A stretch of DNA of 64,000 nucleotides from Octopus vulgaris. Lineage: Eukaryota. The notes beneath the pieces were generated by a model, which was not told where the DNA came from, ran no database searches, and worked only from the letters and a program-made list of their open reading frames with translations. Position 1 is the stretch's first letter, and each line of letters starts with the position of its first letter. Location: contig OX597815.1 in the NCBI GenBank assembly GCA_951406725.2, positions 63,054,001 through 63,118,000 of the forward strand. The letters run 5' to 3'. The position numbers and the translations under genes were made by a program. Below are positions 43,425-57,721 of this stretch, piece after piece.

Positions 43425-44524
43425 CGATGACGATGACGGTGACGATGACGATGACGATGATGATGATGATGATGATGCTGTTTTTGTTGTTGATGTTGTC
43501 AGTGTTGTTGCTGCTGCTGTAGCAATTATTTTTTTTTTGCTGTAGATGTTTATGACGTTGTTGTTGTGGATATCGGTTGTTGTTGCTGTAGTTATTGGGG
43601 TTGTTGTTGTGGTGGGTGGTGGTGGTGGTGGTGGTGGTGATGGTGGTAATGGTATGCCATGTATTGGTGTTGTTGTATTAGTTGTAGTTGTTCGGTATTC
43701 CTGCAACTGTGATGCATGTGGTGTTTGTGTTGCAGTAGATGTTCATATTGTTGTTGTTGTTGTAACTGATGATGATGATGAGGAGGAGGAGGAGGAGGAG
43801 GAGGAGGGGGATGTGGTTGTTTTTATTATTATTTTCGTAGTTTTTGTTGTTACCAATGTTATGCCAGCTGTTATTGTCGTTGTTCTTGCTGTCGACTATT
43901 AAATATATTGCTTTCGTTATTACTGTTGTTGTTGTTGCTGTTGTTTTTGTTGTTGCTGTTATCGTTATTTCTGTCGTTTTTATTGTTGCTGCTACTTTTA
44001 TTATTGTAATTTCTATTGTTTTGTTGTTGCTTCTGATGCATCAGTAGCAAATGTTGGTTTTGTTTAAGATTTTATTGCTCTCGTTGCCTTTGTTGTTGTT
44101 ATTTTTGTTGTAATTGTTGTTGTTGTTACTGCTGAAAATTTCGTTTTGTTGTTGTTTCCGTTGTTTCCGTACCTTCCATTAATGCACTTGTTGTTGTCGT
44201 CGTTGTTGTTCTTATCGTCGTTTTTGTTGTTGAGGATACATTTTTCATTGTTATCACGGGGAGACATTTTATCTTTTTATGGTTTATTTTAAATCTTAGA
44301 CTCTCTGCTATATTTGTCATAGTGTTGTTGTTCTTGTTCCTCCTGCTACTGCTGCTACTGCTGCTGCTTCAACTGTTATATTGATGTCATGCTGGTAATA
44401 CAGATCTGAGCCAAGTTCCTTGTTGCTATTTTTTGTCGCATTTAGTGTCATTGCTTTAAAAATATTAACACTTTTGTTTTTTGTTGGTTCTATTTATTCT
44501 ACTGTCTTGTAGCTGCTAGTATTT

Positions 44525-44800
<276 letters not shown>

Positions 44801-44936
44801 TCAGTTTTCGGTGTACGAGTTGAAGCTTCAAGTGATAAAACCTGATGGTTTTCATAACACTACTCAAAAAGCGTGTTTACACACGCACACACATATACAC
44901 ATACACACACACCACACACCACACACACAGACGCAC

Positions 44937-44991
<55 letters not shown>

Positions 44992-46670
44992 ACATGGATG
45001 TGATTGCAAAATCCAATCGCGTAAAATTTATTAAATTGAAATGAAATTTCCAAATTTAATGGAAATGTGAATTTTATGAAATTGAAATTTGAATTCGAAA
45101 ACCATTTAAAAAAATTCTCAATTTTCTTCTTTTAAATTTCGATTCGATTTCCTAAAATATTTAAAAATCTGATATGCTATAATATCGATCTGGTTGAACG
45201 TCTAATTATATCAATTCGAAATATCGAATCGACTGAGAAAGAAAAACAATCAGTTTTAGGAAAATATTTTGAAATTTTGTAAGTTTTTTTCTTTTAATTT
45301 ACCTAACATTCTTCATTAGCAATAAATCTTACTATATATTTCATACCATTTTGTGTTGATCTTCCCTGGGCTATTTCTGATCAGCATTCTAACCGCACTG
45401 AAGACAACGACTTCGGAATCCTTTCTACATATTCATGGCAACGGCTGTTGTTATTTTCAGTCGCTCAAGACCTTCCTTCTACTCAGCTTTCTGGATAAAA
45501 CGCAAATATTTGGAAGAATTTTAAAGAAGGCGCTGCTGTTGAGATTTCAGCACCACCTTTATATAGCAATCTTTTTGTTTTGTTCCCATCAACTTTAAAA
45601 AGGAATATATTGCAAAGCAATGCATTGTATATCTATTTATTTATATTTTTTTTTGCATTGATTAGTTTTGTTTTAAACTCCTAGTTCCTGCAACCAGCAG
45701 TCTTTTGTCGCCTAGTTTCTATTACCGAGCTCTCTGTCGCCTAGTTTTCATCTCTCTCTCTCTCTCTCACACACACATACACTCTCCCCTCTCTGTCTGT
45801 CTCACATTTACTTTCTATACCTCAGTTCTGTTTTGTTTCCGAGGTTCAGTACTTTTGTCTCTTGCCTCCTGTCTTCCATACTTTTAGTCATTGTCTCCTT
45901 CCCTCAATACTTCATTCAGTTTCTGATTTTAATTTTCAGTACTTCAGTCTCTCTGTCTCCAATCTTCCATACTTCTGTTCTTCGTCTGTCACCTTCCATT
46001 CTTCACCTCTTGTCTTCAACCATCAATACTCCATTCAATCTCACTGTCTCCTACATTCAACAGTTCAGCCTATCCAATATTTTTCTCTTTACCATTTTTG
46101 TCTTTCTTCTTTATCAATTACTATCATCAAATTTTAAAAGCATCTATATAAACTTTTTTACTGAAATATTATTGTACTCACTCAAATAAAGTATATATAA
46201 ATTCATCAATCTTTGCATATGTCTGTCTAAGTAACTATCTATCTACTCATTTATCTATATATTTATCTGTCTATATGTTATATTGCTACTCTTGTATCTT
46301 TTCCTATTAGACTATCGGCCTGTTTATCCATTGATGTGTATGTCAATCTATTTTTCTGTCATTCCATTAATATTTCACAAGGTACCTATATATCCTCAGG
46401 GTACAATATATATATACAGATGAGTGTATTTTTCCCTTGTTAACAATTAACACGGAAAAAATAGATAAATAGTTACCAGGGTAGCAAAAACTCACACAAG
46501 TAAAGAGGTTGTAACTCCTTGCTTTTAAAGGTAGAAACTTCGGGTTTATGTAGAGATTTTTGTATAATATATAAATAGATAAATGGAGTTTATACCTGCG
46601 TTAAACTCCATTTATACATATATATATATATATGTATATGTATATATATATGTATGTATGTATCTATCTA

Positions 46671-46724
<54 letters not shown>

Positions 46725-46740
46725 CAATACATACATATAT

Positions 46741-47269
46741 TAAATAAAGATGTTTTATTACCGTTATTAATGATATTAATAAGATAATAATAAGGTGGCC
46801 AGTAAGTTCACACCGTTACAGGCATAATGTACGGCAAATTTAGATTCAGTAGGGTATATAATACCACTTGCTAAAATCAGAGCCAAGGCTCGAAAGCCAT
46901 CATAAACTCACAATAAAGATACACACGAGCAATGCAATGAATATATTAGAAATAGGCTTACCTTTGCGTTGAATACATCATGAAGTAAGGTATATTTCAA
47001 TACCAATTGATTTCACCCTCTGTATGACCAACATACTCTGAGATCTTCATCTGAAAATCACATTTTAAGATCTGTTTCTAAAATATTCACTACATTAGCT
47101 CGTGTGCATTCCTTACTTTAAACATTCCGCTCCGTTTAAAAGAAAACTATTGTGAGCAAGAATAAATTTTAAATGAAGATGTACTATTACCGTTATTGAT
47201 AGTATTAATAAGGTAATAATAAAGTATCGAGGAGGTTCACACCATTACAGGCACAATATAAGGCAAATC

Positions 47270-47274
<5 letters not shown>
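46741..47274 (-). mobile_element. Retrozyme/Penelope-like non-autonomous element: 429-bp unit plus ~105-bp terminal direct repeat, with a decayed hammerhead
   Basis: 46741-46845 resembles 47170-47274 (roughly 80% identical by eye); hammerhead relic at 46994-47058; flanked by (TA)n and (GATA)n. Confidence 0.65.
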
Positions 47275-47362
<88 letters not shown>

Positions 47363-47700
47363 GTAAGCATGTATTTGTAATTTTAATCGAACGAATCAAA
47401 CGAATCGAACCCAATACATTTTAAGGTTGGTACTTATTCTATTGGTCTCTTTTGCAGAACTTCTGCGTTACGAAGACGTAAACACATCAACACCAGTTGT
47501 GAATTGGTGGAGGGTAAACAAACACAGACACAAAGGAACACACACGTGTGTTTGAAAAGTTTAACGAAAGTGCTCACACAAACTTCTGTTCTAAAATATT
47601 TAATAACATCTTCATAAAAGATTTCATAACATTTTTAAAAGATATTTTTCTTGAAATCACATTTGCACTTCTAAAACTGTATTTAGCAATCCTCATAGAC

Positions 47701-47755
<55 letters not shown>

Positions 47756-48879
47756 CATACAATTATTCTCATAATTGAAACACGTTAATCATAAGTATCA
47801 TAATACCATTACCTAAAAATATAGAACCAACATATTCCTTTAGGATCTTCAGATTTTCTGTTTCTGAAATCCTGTTGCGACGATAAATGTTTCTTTTTAT
47901 TTTTTCTGTGCTTGAAATTTTCTAGTATATGTGTATACGATTATATTTAACATTTCCGTACACACTCGAACGTGGAAAGACTTCCGCTGCGGAAATAGTC
48001 TCTGGAGATAAATTCTCACAGACAATGTTTGTGAAAAATATACCACTGGAATATGAATGACGTTATCATGCAGTAGGATACCTATTTCTACTTCGTTACA
48101 TTTGATCAGTAACGGACACCGAATCCGTCGTTTCACGGCTCACAAACAAATGCAGTTCTTATATTTCAAAAGCAAATCAACTTTGCTTAGTCTTCCTCTA
48201 ATTGATTCATTCCAACTTGACAAAGCTTACCATATATCAGCGAATTTACTATTTGTTGCTGAAAAATATAAAAATGGTTTATACCCTCTGACGGAGAAAG
48301 CCTCCTAGGCTTACCCGTTGCAAAACGATTTTAGTTCTTAATATTGTTTTGTTTCTTCTTGCTTCTGATGTTGCCTCTGTTCTGGTTTTTATTGCTCTTT
48401 TTTCAGTTGTTGTTGTTATTGTTGTTGCGGCTGCTAATGATGATGGTGATGCTTTTATCCTTGTCACGGTGATATTATCCTTAGTTCCTTGTTGCTATTC
48501 TGCATCTGTTGTGGCTGTTTTTGTTGTTGCTGTCTTCATTTTGTTATTGCGTGGTCAATGTTGTAAAGATGGCCGCCGAAACAATTCACTCACAGCAACT
48601 AATTTTGTTATTGTTAATGATGATGGCAGTGGTAGTGGTGGTGGTAGTGATGGTGGGGGTGGTTGTTCTGTTGTTGCGTCTACAATTACTGGTATTATAT
48701 GCAAACATTTAAAGGCTTCCATATATGATGATGATGATGAGGTAGAGCAGGAGGAGGAAGATGTGGTGGTGATGGCCATAATCATGATCATGATGATCAT
48801 GATGGTGATAGAATTATAGAAATGATGACCGACTGGCTGTAGTTGTATGAGTAGAGGTGGACATAGTATTGCTTAGAGG

Positions 48880-49137
48880 CAGTGGTTCTCAACCGGAATC
48901 CGATTGGCTCTCGGTGAGTTGGCGGGGTCCATAGAGGATTTAGTTTTAAAATTTTATCTGCAGAAGTGGCTGTGTGGTAAGTAGCTTATTTACCAACCAC
49001 ATGGTTCCGGGTTCAGACACCACTGCGTGACACCTTGGGCTAGTTTCTTCTACTATAGCCTCGGGCCAACCAAAGCCTTGTGAGTGGATTTGGTAGACGG
49101 AAACTGAAAGAAGCCCATCGTATATATATGTATATAC

Positions 49138-49228
<91 letters not shown>

Positions 49229-49635
49229 TGTATGTATGTATGTATGTATGTGTGTATGTCTGTGTTTGTCCCCACAACATCGCTTGACAACCGATGCTGG
49301 TGTGTTTACGTCCCCATAACTTAGCGGTTCGGCAAAGCAGACCGATAGAATAAGTACTAGACTTACAAAGAATAAGTCCTGGGGTCGATTTGCTCGACTA
49401 AAAGCGGTGCTCCAGCATGGCCACAGTCAAATGACTGAAACAAGTTAAAGAGTAAAAGAGTAAATTAGAGATACTTCTACATTACACAAAATATTCCAAC
49501 ATGTCTTTGGTGCAATTCCGAATGATATTAGACTATAAATAAACAACTTTTTAAATATCGAATGGCAAGTAGGGTTCATCCGAGTAAAATAGGAATCAAT
49601 GGGTCCATGGGTAAGAAAAATGTAAAGAACTACTG
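48880..49635. mobile_element. hAT (Charlie-type) MITE interrupted by a SINE
   Basis: cagtggttctcaacc ... aaagaactactg; sub-terminal gggtccatgggtaagaaaaatg matches the 13336 MITE in opposite orientation. Confidence 0.7.
48958..49462 (+). mobile_element. SINE family A, full length, nested in the hAT MITE
   Basis: cagaagtggctgtgtggtaag...internal (TA)n(TATG)n...ctgaaacaagttaaagagtaaaagagt. Confidence 0.9.
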
Positions 49636-50602
49636 GCTCAGTGTTAAGAAGTCAATCCAATCATAGGGGCTACAGACATAGTCGATGTTCTTGTTATTAT
49701 TGTTGTAGTTCTTATCGTTGTTTTTCTCCTGACATTTGTTGCTGTTTATTTTTATGACTGTTATCGTTGTTATTCTTGTTGTTTACGCTGTTTTTTTTAC
49801 TGTTGTTGTTGTGGTTAATATGAGTGTTGTTGTTGCTACTGTTGTTTTAGTTGCTACTGCTGTTCTTATGTTAATCTTACGACCGATCTACCGTCTGGTT
49901 TCTGTTACTGATATCATTATGGTTGCCATAGTTACCAGTATTTATTGACCAGAATGTAATATTTACTGTCATGATTATTGTTATTGCTTTTGTTTTTGTC
50001 TCTTTTTAGTTGTTGTTTTTGTTATTTAGCCACGGGTCAGCCCCAATGCAACATACCTATGATCAATGATATCCCTACTTTGGCCATCACAAATTCTCAG
50101 GGATAAATAACTCTCCTTTAATTTATTTTCTTCCAATTTCTAAAACAATATGGATGCGTTTACAGGGAAATTAACTTCTATTTTTAACAGGAGCAACGAC
50201 CATTTAGAGACTTCCATACATAATGATGATGATGACATGGAGGAAGAGGCGGAGGAGGAGGAGGAGCAAGGGGAGTAGGAAGAACAGCAAGAACAAGAGC
50301 AGGAGGCGCAAGAGCAGGAGCGAGAGCAGGAAAAGCAGAAGCAAAGGGAGAAAGACAGAGACCATGTGGTGGCGGTGGTGGTGATTACAATGATGATTAT
50401 GATGATTATGATGATCATGATGGTGATAAAATTATAGATATGATGGCAGACCGGCGGTGTTCGCATGAATATGGGTGGACATGATATTGCTACTGGTGGC
50501 GTGGTTATTATCATCCTCTTCAAATTTACTAATTACAATCACTGATTCATTAATTATTGAGACATATATAATACATATTTCAAACGACAATATATATGTG
50601 TG

Positions 50603-50649
<47 letters not shown>

Positions 50650-50673
50650 GTGTGTGTGTGTGTATGTATATCT

Positions 50674-50714
<41 letters not shown>

Positions 50715-50807
50715 ATATGTATGTATGTATGCATGTATGCATGTATGTATGTATATCAATAGCTATACATACGCACACTCAGTCATATATCACGTGGTCT
50801 GTACATG

Positions 50808-50848
<41 letters not shown>

Positions 50849-51171
50849 CTGCAGCAATAAATATGAAAAAAATCTCTTACATACCTATATACGTATATGT
50901 GTGTGTGCGTGTGTGTCTGTGTGCATATATGTACATGTATGTCTGTAAATGTGAATTTATGCGATGTATATGGACGCACACACACTCAAGCACACATACA
51001 TGGACATACACATATACCCACACCTACACATACATCACAAACAAACACACAATAATTCATTTAATTGCGATACACAAAGTTTTAGATATACACTTGTTCG
51101 TAAGTGTGCGTGTGGATGCTCGTATACATATATGTATGTCTATATTTAATATGTATGTATATATGTATATA

Positions 51172-51229
<58 letters not shown>

Positions 51230-51387
51230 TATGTATGTATATATATACATATTTATATAATTTATATATGTACATATATATGCATACGTATATATATGTA
51301 TCTATATATGTAGGTATATGTATATATATGTATATGTGTATATATGCATATGTGTAAACAAACGAATATCACAGTTACATATATGGT

Positions 51388-51429
<42 letters not shown>

Positions 51430-52290
51430 TACACACACGCACACATATATAACTATATAAACAAGCGAATACCACATTTGCATATATGCTTGCATATACT
51501 AAACAAGTATGTGTATGCATCTGTATAGATATATAGATAGATATATATGTGTATATAAGCATACATACATACATACATACATACATACATACATACATTC
51601 TTAATCACTTTATTAATATTTTTATGTATCTATGCCTTCCGAACTGTTGTTTTATTTATTCATTTTGAAATTATTTATTTCTGCATTTTTATTTTTTTTT
51701 GTTCAATATTTATTTCCCACTTTAATTCTGCCGGTTCAAACACCACATAACCACACTCACACACACACACATACACCAACACACTCATGCATACACTCAC
51801 ACGCGCACATACACATACAGCCCATTTCATTATAATTTACTGCTGCAAGCATAAAAAAGTCATTTTATACACGTCAAACATTGAAATACGATGTACAAAA
51901 GCCAGACTCACACTGCGATGTTGGCAACAGACTGAACTTTTCTCTCACAACCTTTTTTTTTTTGATCAAGGCTTTCTTTTGTTTTTATTCGTTACTTTTA
52001 TTTGGGGTTTTGTCATTGTTTATTTTTTGTTTGTTTGTTTTTTACTTGTCTTTAACTCTATCTCCGATTCTTTTAACTTGTTCTACTCACATTTTCTTCG
52101 TTGTATTTTCGTTTCTTATTTTGTTGGTTCTTTTTTTTATTTTTCTAAGATTTTTCTATTTTCCCTTCTCATATATGTGTGCGTGCGTGCGTGTTTGTTT
52201 GCGCGCGCGTGTGCATTTGTATATGTATATGTGTACGTATATGTATATATACATATATATACATACATATACATATATATACACATATAT

Positions 52291-52366
<76 letters not shown>

Positions 52367-52419
52367 GTATGTATTTTTTTGTTTGGTTGTGAGAGTGCTA
52401 CCGTCGGTTTTGCGCTGAA

Positions 52420-53690
52420 TAATGCACTTGGTATTATTGACGGCTGTTCTGAAGACGGTGCTCAAAGATCTTGAAGCTCAGCATACACGATTCATGAACC
52501 AGGTGCTACATGTGTGGAAGCAATATCCTTCTAAATGCTTTCTGCGCAGAAAGTTTAAAGAAAAAGAGTAACAAAAAATCATGATGGTTGACGGTCCTAG
52601 AACGACGGCAGGCGCAACTCAACAAGTCGGCAAGTGAAACTGCCCTATCCTTGTTATTACGGGTGAGCCTTGAGTTCAAGAAGTTTCATTGTTCGGCCAC
52701 AAACGGTGACGACAAACATCGGCAGCAACACGAAATGACATAGAAGTATCTGACACACAGAGGCACAAACCTACACACAGCGCGCACATACGGAAGTAGC
52801 CCATCCACTTATGAGGACAAGAATCTGAGAGATACTGATAAGGAAAAAATCATTCTTCAATAAAACGAAAAATGAAAAAGAAAAGGTAGAAAATAAAGCA
52901 AAATATGTAAGGTCGAGTACACATCTACGAAGGAGAACCCCTTCCCACGAAGAAGAATCCTTATCTTCTGGAGAAGAACCAATGTCCTACAAGCTACAGT
53001 TATTCCCCGATCTGAATAAAATAAAACCTGTAGCCATTCGCGATAAAACGAAGTTCTGAGAAAACACTTATCGAGGAAATGGCTTCACATTTAAAAGACA
53101 AAACAATGACAATTTACTCTTTTACTTGTTTCAGTCATTTGACTGCGGCTATGCTGGAGCACCGCCTTTAGTCGAGCAAATCGACTCCAAGACTTATTCA
53201 TTGTAAGCCTAGTACTTATTCTATCGGTCTACTTTGCCGAACCGCCAAGTTACAGGGACATAAACACACCAGCATCGGTTGTCAAGCGATGTTGAGGAAC
53301 AAACACAGACACACAAACAAACACACATATATATATACATATACATATATATGACGCGCTTCTTTCAGTTTCCGTCTATCAAATCCACTCACAAGGCTTT
53401 GGTCGGCCCGAGGCTATAGTAGAAGACACTTACCCAAGGTACCACGCAGTGAGACTGAACCCGGAACCATTACTTACCACACTTACCACACAGCCACTCC
53501 TGCGCCTAATTGTTCAAAATTCCAACACACTTTATAAAGTGTTTCTATTTCAACGCTCCAGAGGACATGGACCCTCATTAACCCAGTATAAGAATTCTTA
53601 GCAGAAAATTTTAGGGTTCTCCAACATTTGAGGCCAACCATAGCACGGATGTTATCAAATGAGATACACTAGTCAACACAAATGAAGATT
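52420..53690 (+). mobile_element. Decayed gag/ORF1-like retroelement relic (CCHC knuckle), split by a SINE
   Basis: RCYMCGSNI(L)LNAFC at ~52500-52547 is C-X2-C-X4-(H>L)-X4-C, followed by A-rich coding-like sequence; boundaries uncertain. Confidence 0.4.
53114..53507 (-). mobile_element. SINE family A, full length
   Basis: ttactcttttacttgtttcagtc...ccacacagccactcctgcgcct; small ttaccacac duplication in the head. Confidence 0.9.
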
Positions 53691-53903
53691 TAGATTTTAT
53701 ATAAACATCGTTATATATTGTGTTTTATACATTTTTAATTCTTCCATTTATATAAAGTATATAAATATATTTTATATTTTGCTCTCCTTCAGTCTTTGAA
53801 TGTAATTTCGCACCACCAACACTGCACGTCTTTGTAAGTCCTCCGTTTAACGTTGTATTTTTCTGTGACTCTCGAAACCTTGTGGAAAAATTTGAAACCG
53901 TTA

Positions 53904-53972
<69 letters not shown>

Positions 53973-54056
53973 TTTCTATTTCACCTCTCAAAGCCATTGA
54001 TTTCAATTGGTTCGGCTAATTTTGTAAGAGCGGACAACGACCTGTTGTCAAGGTTC

Positions 54057-54212
54057 TCATCATCATCATCATCATTGTTCGACCGTCGTCGAGACAATGG
54101 AATTTACCATGCTACGCCAGACTTCACGGTCCATCATGGCATTACGGAGGTCCTGTTGCTGGATGCCTGTATCCCTGGAGATTACAACAGGGTAGGAGAG
54201 TGTGCGCCCTCA
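54057..54212 (-). mobile_element. RTE/RTEX-like LINE extreme 3' end with (TGA)n tail
   Basis: GRTLSYPVVISRDTGIQQQDLRNAMMDREVWRSMV then (TGA)n; the DR..WR tail is typical of RTE-group ORF2. Confidence 0.65.
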
Positions 54213-54221
54213 CTGGATCTC

Positions 54222-54460
54222 TTCCCACGATATTTAACATCCAAGTACCAATTCCAAAATACTCGCTGTCCCCATAAAGACGTTTTGAGCCTGTACTACC
54301 CTCATGTCAATCCGAATTTCTCCACCAAATTTCTCAAACCTGGTTGTTAATGCTCCCATTGTCCCCACAACTACTAATTGAATACATTCATGCAGTCTCA
54401 TCTTTTGGTAACTTGTTCTTGTCAATCTTTTCTACTTCTTTGTTATCCACTCGTACATCC
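54222..54460 (-). mobile_element. R4/Dong-like 3' end fragment
   Basis: SGDVRVDNKEVEKID...VVVGTMGAL...QNVFMGTASILELVLG. Confidence 0.65.
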
Positions 54461-54637
54461 CCAGATATGGCATTATCTTTTTCGGGGTCGATAAAGTGAG
54501 TACCACTCATCTACTGAGGTCTCATGTTATCGACTAAAGCTCACCTAAACTCGATATATAATGTATTTGGGTGTACTCTATATAGGTTCCAGATCTATCT
54601 AAAATATATTCAGAACCATTCTATATAGGTTTTAAAT

Positions 54638-54962
54638 AGGCGTGATTGAGTGGTATGAAGCTTACTTTCTGACCTCATGGTTCCGGGTTCAGTTCCACTG
54701 TGTGGTACCTGGGGCGAGTGTCTCCTACCATAGTCTCAAGCCGACCAAAGTTTGTGAGTTGATTTGGTGGACAAAAACTGGAAGAAGCCCGTCATGTGTG
54801 TGTGTGTGTGTATGAGAGAGAGAGAGAGTGTGTGTATGTATGTGTGTATCTTTGTCTTTAAGAAAATATGTACTGGGGTCAAGTCAATCGACTAAATTCT
54901 TCAAGGCGGTGCCCCAGCATGGCCACAGTTTAGTGCCAGAAAAAAAATTAAAGATAAAAGAT
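54638..54962 (+). mobile_element. SINE family A-related copy (internal deletion)
   Basis: catggttccgggttcagttccactgtgtggtacctgggg...gatttggtggac...aggcggtgccccagcatggccacag. Confidence 0.75.
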
Positions 54963-55499
54963 ACCCAGTACACTCGGTCCTGTAGTTAGGCTCCAAACCA
55001 ATACATTCTACATTCTACTGTAGAATGTCTAAGCTTCAGGTAATTCAAAATCAAAACGGGATCAAGTTTTTGTAGGGAATTCTGACACCAAGGGCATCTG
55101 TATGGTGTGCCTCGGCCTCCTGGAAATCACAGTCAAATACTACTTAAAGTCACTTCTCAGCAACTTAAAGAGGAATGCATTCAACTGTGTAGTCTTTTGT
55201 GTGTATGTACGTAAATAGAATGGTCAAAATGAGAATGTCTTTGATTATAGGTTTGCTCGACGACAGCTAAACTTTGGTTAAATACCAACAATGTTCAGGT
55301 ACTTTTTACAATGTTACTGTGCTTTAGGTGTATCGATTATGGGAGGAGATTATATACAATATGGAGGAGGACTATCACTGTCACAGCTGGTGTCGACTAG
55401 TCGGCACAACTTTCATGTTTATATTTCAAGCCATATAGCCGTACTCACGCGCATGCGCGCACACACACACATACATAATACACACACGTGCGCCGCGTG

Positions 55500-55712
55500 T
55501 ACACGGGCAGACGTGACTGTTGGCAGTCCGGTGACTCTGGGAAACTGGCTAAAAGCCTCTTAGTGGCGTGGTCGTTTGGCCTTCCCACGTCATTGGAGAC
55601 CTCTGAACTTTGTATGCGTTGAGGGGTAACTGTATTAACAGTAAATGATCTGGAACCTTAAGGGTGCTGGTGTCATAAATTGCACACACACACACACACA
55701 CACTCTCTCTCT

Positions 55713-55764
<52 letters not shown>

Positions 55765-57010
55765 TTGCTTGTTTTTGGCTATGAGAGCCAACAAATTTTT
55801 GTTGGCTCTCCTCACGAGCACATAATTTGGTGTTTCTGTGTTGGTGACTGTGAGTTTTGATTGTGAATGCATTGGTGGATTTGGTTGGGGTGGTGGTGGT
55901 TGTGTGGATGGTAGTGCTGGTGTTGTTTGTGTTGTTCGATTGCTGGGAATTTCTGTTTTGGGGGTGTTGGTGTAGGTTTTTTTTGTTCTCTGTTTCGTTT
56001 GCCTTTTTCGTTTTTTTTTTATCTTGTAGAGTTCTTCCTCGTCTTCGCTACGGGATGAGTAGTGGTTAGTGCCTATATGGCCTACTTCAGTGAGTATGAG
56101 TGAGTCTATGATAGTGTGCACGTGCTTGTGGGAGTGTATGCTTAAGAGAGGGGTTGAGGGGGCAGGATTGACAGATACCCTGGACGTTTTTCCCCATTCT
56201 ATTGTGTGGGGCTGCAGTTCTATCAAAAGGTCTCTGTTGGGAGTGCGTTGGAAGCTGCAGGGGTGGCCGCGTACCTACCGACTCTTGAGGACAGAAGGTT
56301 CTCAGCTAGCTTGTGGCCCCACATGTGTCATATCTGAGCTTCCTGCCTTCCACAACGACGCGCAGTTCCACACTGTTGGGCAGCTGGATCAGGTCCGGGA
56401 TCTTCCCGATATTCCCTGGTTACACACGGATTAATATCTCCAAGTGGATCCCGCACCAGTTCTTCCACCTGCTCTTTTTTCTACCTGCAGGCGTGCCTCT
56501 GGATTCTGCAACGCACAGGCAACGATCCACCAGACGTTTACACCCATTCCTCAGTCCACCGGGGTGTCACGGCGGGCCTTCGCACAAGGTCCTCGCTTTT
56601 AAAGAGAACTTCAGTGCTAGCAAACTGTCTCCCTCTCTGTATGTGAGACACATCTATTAAAATTTCCCTGAGGTCCTTCTCGATCTGAGTGATGGAAGCT
56701 ATTTCGGATTTCCTACTTTTCCATGATACGCATTTAAGATACATTCTTTCTTTTATCTCTTCTATTTCGGGAGGTACGAGCACTGATGCCTTACCCCGGA
56801 GAATACTGATGGTATTTTTTGCTTCAGAAAATTCTCGAATTTTGTTCAGGAGAGGGATTGTAAATATTTCTTTCATTGTATTTGCAACATAAGCAAACTT
56901 CTTGTTTTTATTATTGTTTTTGTTGTTGTTGTAGTTACTGCTGCTGTTGTTGTTTGTGGTGATGGTGGTAGAGTTGTGGCCACTTCCACCGTTACCACTC
57001 TCCACACCTA
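55500..57010 (-). mobile_element. Tx1/L1-like ORF1 (gag-like) relic with no adjacent ORF2
   Basis: ORF 56538-57005 continues through stops into KIPDLIQLPNSVELRVVVEGRKLR(Y)DTCGATS(*)LRTFCP, the IP...GR-CX2CX4HX4C pattern of Tx1-type ORF1; then a Pro/Thr/Lys-rich linker. Confidence 0.65.
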
Positions 57011-57633
57011 CGTCACTACCTTTAATTTAAGTATTATTTTCTCCGTTTAAATCCATTGTGTTCTGAATTGCGTTACTGTTACTACTTCTACGACTGCCAC
57101 TGCCGCTATTTCCACCGCCGCTATTTCCACTGCCGCTGCTGTCGCCGCCGTCGCTACTGTCTCCGCTGCTGCTGCTGTCACCGCCACCGCTGTCGCTATC
57201 GTTGTCGTCACTTCTGTTGCCAATTCATTCACTGCTGCTAATATGAGGTGGACTTTGAAATTTTAGTGTCCTTCCTTTTCTTCTCCCCCTCTCAGGTAGT
57301 GTTATCAATAACGGAGGGAAGAAGAGGGAAATCTACAGCATTCAAAAATATCTTTTGAGGAGGGGTAGCTTCTTTTTCTTAACTCTTCCAAGATGCGTTT
57401 CACCAGCTTGTTGATTTATATTTGATTGAAACGCTCATCGAATTATTTGGGGCCGATTGTAGCCCTGGAGGGGATAAACAAATACAGGAACCCAATGCTA
57501 CGTCCCTGGTGTTTCTGTTCACAAACTGGAACAATGTTTAAACGAAAACAATGGCAATAAATAGATGCAAACAAAGGTTTTTAACAAGACTTACTTGAGG
57601 CGGTCGAAAATACGTCTGTATGTTCAGTAGGAA

Positions 57634-57697
<64 letters not shown>

Positions 57698-57721
57698 CAA
57701 CAACAACAATGATAATAATTA

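Noticed and set aside
43360-44360. Poly-Ala/Asp/Glu/Gly/Val ORFs suggestive of a low-complexity transcription-factor exon
   Set aside because: A mosaic of decayed trinucleotide repeats like those at 27000, 48350, 49700 and 50220; no conserved domain or consistent frame
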